Positions 60,525-64,000 of a DNA stretch of 64,000 bases are shown piece after piece (within the stretch, counting starts at the first letter, position 1; the number at the start of each line of letters is the position of its first letter). The position numbers and the translations under genes were made by a program. Location of the stretch: NCBI GenBank assembly GCA_963786955.1, contig CAWBAT010000003.1:299654-363653 (forward strand), written 5' to 3'. The DNA comes from an uncultured Acidimicrobiia bacterium (GTDB taxonomy: Bacteria; Acidobacteriota; Terriglobia; Versatilivoradales; Versatilivoraceae). The notes under the pieces are model-generated. The model did not search any database, had not been told where the DNA came from, and worked only from the letters and a program-made list of their open reading frames with translations.

Positions 60525-62549
60525 TCAATTCCTCTGTGTTTCTGCCTCTTTGTGGTTGATTTGAGCAGGCGGAAAGACCAACCGGAATTTACTGCCCTCC
60601 CCAGGCTGGCTTTCCACGGTCACCCGGCCATTGTGCTTTTCCATCAGGCGTTTGACCAAAGCCAACCCCATCCCCGCTCCTTTGACATAGTGAACCTCAA
60701 TGTGTTTGGCCCGATAAAACTGCTCGAAAATCTTGGGTTGCTCAGAGATCGGGATGCCCAGCCCACGGTCACTCACTTCGAGAAATACCTCGCCATTCTC
60801 TCTCCCGGTTTGGACCAGCACCGGGGTTCCTGTAGGTGAATATTTAAGAGCGTTATCGATGAGGTTCTGGATGCATTGGGCAATGGCGATTCGATCCGCG
60901 GCCACTACGGGAGGGTCGGGCATTTCCGGCTCGACAAGATTTACGCGATCGGCATGCCCCAGGTTGTGAAAGGAGTTGACGTTCTCTCGGGCCAGTTCGA
61001 AGAGATCGGAGGGCTCCAGAGAGAACTCCTTTTTCCCATCCTCAAGTCTGGCAAAATCCAGCAGGCCATTAATCAGCAAGCTGAGCCGGTGGAGTTCTTG
61101 ACGAATCACGCGGTGATATTTCTTGAGCATTTCTTCGTCGCGGACTTTACCCCCATCTAAACGTTCCAGCAGGGTTGACATGGATGTCAAAGGGCTGCGG
61201 AATTCGTGGGAAACTGCCGCTATAAAGTCGGATTTCAGCCGGGTCACTTCTACTTCGCGGGAAACCGCGCGATAGGTGAACACGATACCAAGCAAGGCCA
61301 CAAACAGCAGGAGAATCATGGAGTACAAGAAAGAATGCTTGTGAAAATTGAGTGGACCACCGGAAGCTTGCCGCTCGACGAAGGCGACTTGAAAGGGCGG
61401 AAAAGAGTTCAGCCGCATCATTTCCATATCAGCTGGGTTTGGCTGGCTATGTTTGTCTGTTTTGACCAGATTGCCTCTGAAATCTTCTGTCGCGGTTAAA
61501 TCATTCAATCGCGTTTCTGCCAGCTCTACCATCCTTTGAGCCCCTACTACGTAGCCAAAAGTCGGTTCGACGTTGTGAAATACTACGATGAAAGCTTCAA
61601 GCTCGGGGAAGTACTTCTTCTCCAATGGAGTGATTCCAGCATGATCTTTAGCAAGAAACAGAACCTCCGGATATGCATCGAGAAGAGGGTGAATGAGCTT
61701 TCTGATCCGTTGCGTTTGTGCAGTCGAGTCCGCCTGAGGCTGTCTCGCGCATCCCTCGAGAGCTGCGGAAACCTCGTCAGCATAAAGGACCCATTGAGCT
61801 CCGGTTAGACTCCATTGACCCTTGACAAGGCAGCTTAAGGTATCGTTCATGTATTCAGAGTTGAGGGAAGAACTCCCCTCAACTGTCTGACAACCGTGCA
61901 TGTGCGCAGCTAAAAGGAGCGCGCTGGCTACAAAAATGGGGATTCCAGACTCGGTAATGGCCCGACGATCGTTGGCGCGGATGGCGTTCAGCCAACGAGT
62001 GGCATCGTTGAAATCTTTTTCCTCTAATGCTAGCCGAAGCAGCGCCAGTCGAGCCAATGGCGCTATCGGGGGTTGTTGATTAACGAGATGCAAATAAGCA
62101 GGCCGAGCTTTGCCGAGAGTCGCATTGACTCGGCTCTGCATTTCCGTTTTCTGTGCCTCCTGCCAGAGCCGGACCTCTTCGGTGGAGAGTGACAACACCG
62201 GCTGTCTGGAGCGATAGGAAGAGATCGTAATGTTCAGTTCCGGGAAAAGGATCTGGTCATCGTCGATTTCAAATCTGAAGAGCGTCTCAGAAGCCTTGGA
62301 ATGGCTCTGCAGAGAAAAGAGCCAATTATTCAGATCTGTTTCAAGAAAACGGACAATCTGCTGTTGGCGCTCTTTTCGCTGAAACTGCTGCCGACTCTCC
62401 TCGCCTTTAAACGTCCTGAGAGCAAGCAGCCCGATAAAAAGTGACGGCAGGAGGACAGTGAGCCCGAAAATGAGAACCCATTTACGGCCACTTCTCAGAT
62501 ATTGGGGAAAAGTACGCACTGCACGAGTATATACCCCCTGGATTATCAA
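60525..62549 (-). CDS. Sensor histidine kinase with a large extracytoplasmic domain
   Basis: Two TM segments; VSHEFRSPL, NLIDNALKYS, DRGLGI and GAGMGL motifs. Start codon uncertain. Confidence 0.92.
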   Translation of the reverse strand: MIIQGVYTRAVRTFPQYLRSGRKWVLIFGLTVLLPSLFIGLLALRTFKGEESRQQFQRKERQQQIVRFLETDLNNWLFSLQSHSKASETLFRFEIDDDQILFPELNITISSYRSRQPVLSLSTEEVRLWQEAQKTEMQSRVNATLGKARPAYLHLVNQQPPIAPLARLALLRLALEEKDFNDATRWLNAIRANDRRAITESGIPIFVASALLLAAHMHGCQTVEGSSSLNSEYMNDTLSCLVKGQWSLTGAQWVLYADEVSAALEGCARQPQADSTAQTQRIRKLIHPLLDAYPEVLFLAKDHAGITPLEKKYFPELEAFIVVFHNVEPTFGYVVGAQRMVELAETRLNDLTATEDFRGNLVKTDKHSQPNPADMEMMRLNSFPPFQVAFVERQASGGPLNFHKHSFLYSMILLLFVALLGIVFTYRAVSREVEVTRLKSDFIAAVSHEFRSPLTSMSTLLERLDGGKVRDEEMLKKYHRVIRQELHRLSLLINGLLDFARLEDGKKEFSLEPSDLFELARENVNSFHNLGHADRVNLVEPEMPDPPVVAADRIAIAQCIQNLIDNALKYSPTGTPVLVQTGRENGEVFLEVSDRGLGIPISEQPKIFEQFYRAKHIEVHYVKGAGMGLALVKRLMEKHNGRVTVESQPGEGSKFRLVFPPAQINHKEAETQRN

Positions 62550-62613
62550 ATGTTGTGTTTAGGTAAAATCCAGGTGAAGTTCTTGTCAAATTCATCGCAA
62601 GCGCTCGGCCACC

Positions 62614-64000
62614 TGTCACGCAATTTAAGAATGTAACTTTGAGAGTAGTCATAGAGCAAAATAAAATGTAACCCGAGATCGTAGTAGCAGTCCTTCATTC
62701 TTTCTTTTTTGGTTCTTTTTTCTTTCTGTGAATGATTGTGGAAAACTGTGAAAATTGTGGATCACCGACGTCTTTAGAAACTGTTTGAGAGCGGCTGAGT
62801 TGAAAGATCCGCTCCAGTTTTTGTTCAATCTGCTGAGAGAGCTCGAAAGGATCCAGCGTATTCCGCCAATGTTGGAGCTGAGCGACTTTAGCGGGGATGG
62901 CCTGTTTGGAGGCACACACACGTTGGAAGGGAGTCTGAGGCGAATCATAGATCCGTTTTAGATTCGAGCCGACTCGAATCTTGCGTCGCAATTTCACCGA
63001 GGGGAGGAACAAGTTTTGAAACAACCGCAGGGGGTGGGAGTAGAGATCGTTGAGGGCCTCCAAGGCGGTGGGAGAATCATAACGCTCGTAGCCTAACAGG
63101 CGACGCACGTGAGTCCAGTTCTTTTGCTCGATGTGAGCATTGTCATCTTTCTTGTAAGGACGGCCACGAGTGAATTGGATCTCGAGGGCCTGACAATAGC
63201 GATAGAGATGAGCATTGATAAATTCCGAGCCGTTGTCGGAGTCAATGCCCAGCAGTTTAAACGGTAACGCTTGACGGATGGTTTCCATGGCGCAACGAAC
63301 TCCTTCTTGCCCTTTGCCTAGCACGGCACGCGTCTCGACCCAGGTGGTGTGGATGTCGGTGAGGTTCAGCGAATGACAGCAGTCGCCGGAGGCAGAGCTG
63401 CCGGCATGCGAGACCAGATCGACTTCGGTGAAGCCGGGTTGGTGAACGTCCCAGTTGTCGGTCTTGATGGGAATGTGATGCTTTAACAACGTGCCCGGTT
63501 TGGTCCGGCCGTAGATCCTTTTTTTGAGTTGGCGCTTTTTGGGGCGGAGCCGATAATCGATGGTGCGGGGACTGAGGCAGAGCAGTTGCTGTTCCAGCCG
63601 GGGCGTCAAGTGAAAACGCTTCCGAGCCCAGGGCATCCACACCGGCAGCAGCGCCTTTAGACGGACCGACCAGGGATAGCCGGCCGCTTCCCAGATGGCA
63701 CTGAGCACCGAGATTACCTGAGGCCCATAGCTCGCACGCCGTTTGCGGCGCCGCGGTGGCGACGGCCTGGGCGGAGGACCGTTGAGCAAGCGAATGGCGT
63801 ATTTGCGATGGTACCCACAATTGAGGCAGAACTCGTCGAGGATTGATTGCTTCGATCTCGACGACGCGGTGGAATATCTGTGATGAATCTTTCTCAAGTA
63901 TTCCCATCTTGACTGTCGACTCATGATGTAACCCCTTTCAATTAGGGTTACATCTTAATTTGCGCGACGATCATCCTCAGAGTTACATTTTAGCTTGCGC
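62614..64000 (-). mobile_element. Insertion sequence with a TGT end and repeated ATGTAAC sites (ISNCY/IS481-like); far end at or just beyond the window edge
   Basis: TGTCACGCAATTTAAGAATGTAACTTTGAG (62614) is an imperfect inverted match to CTCAGAGTTACATTTTAGCTTGCGC (63976-64000). Confidence 0.75.
62695..63924 (-). CDS. DDE integrase-core transposase, 409 aa
   Basis: ILDEFC...GYHRKYAIRLL, EVDLVSH, DSDNGSEF and RPYKKDDNAHIEQKN motifs. Confidence 0.92.
   Translation of the reverse strand: MSRQSRWEYLRKIHHRYSTASSRSKQSILDEFCLNCGYHRKYAIRLLNGPPPRPSPPRRRKRRASYGPQVISVLSAIWEAAGYPWSVRLKALLPVWMPWARKRFHLTPRLEQQLLCLSPRTIDYRLRPKKRQLKKRIYGRTKPGTLLKHHIPIKTDNWDVHQPGFTEVDLVSHAGSSASGDCCHSLNLTDIHTTWVETRAVLGKGQEGVRCAMETIRQALPFKLLGIDSDNGSEFINAHLYRYCQALEIQFTRGRPYKKDDNAHIEQKNWTHVRRLLGYERYDSPTALEALNDLYSHPLRLFQNLFLPSVKLRRKIRVGSNLKRIYDSPQTPFQRVCASKQAIPAKVAQLQHWRNTLDPFELSQQIEQKLERIFQLSRSQTVSKDVGDPQFSQFSTIIHRKKKEPKKKE

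Overview
A 64-kb bacterial accessory region, probably from an Acidobacteriota genome (inferred from the Oar-type TonB-dependent receptor, the DUF1501/DUF1553 pair and the TPR/PD40 protein). Many genes carry single-base frameshifts, which look like long-read assembly errors. The main signal is RNA-guided mobile DNA. (1) Two identical IS1111-type (IS110 family) elements sit back-to-back, each inserted at a TG core in the same REP-like hairpin. Their ~550-nt downstream non-coding region contains three homologous guide loops: one matching the target, one unexplained, and one matching the donor junction. (2) An unrelated IS110 element with a CT core carries an upstream bridge RNA whose four guides can be read from the sequence. 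It sits in a different REP family, and a homologous empty site lies ~6 kb downstream. The window also contains: a two-component system whose regulator 3' end plus promoter is copied in front of two further loci; a 112-bp tandem array between kinase and regulator; a GxxExxY gene between ~210-bp direct repeats; a ~2,400-aa LRR/RCC1/Ig-like surface protein with recently amplified 216-bp repeats; a sugar-acid-type catabolic cluster; a GH38-like hydrolase between inverted transposase relics; many REP families; and a third transposon at the right edge. I found no rRNA, tRNA or CRISPR array.
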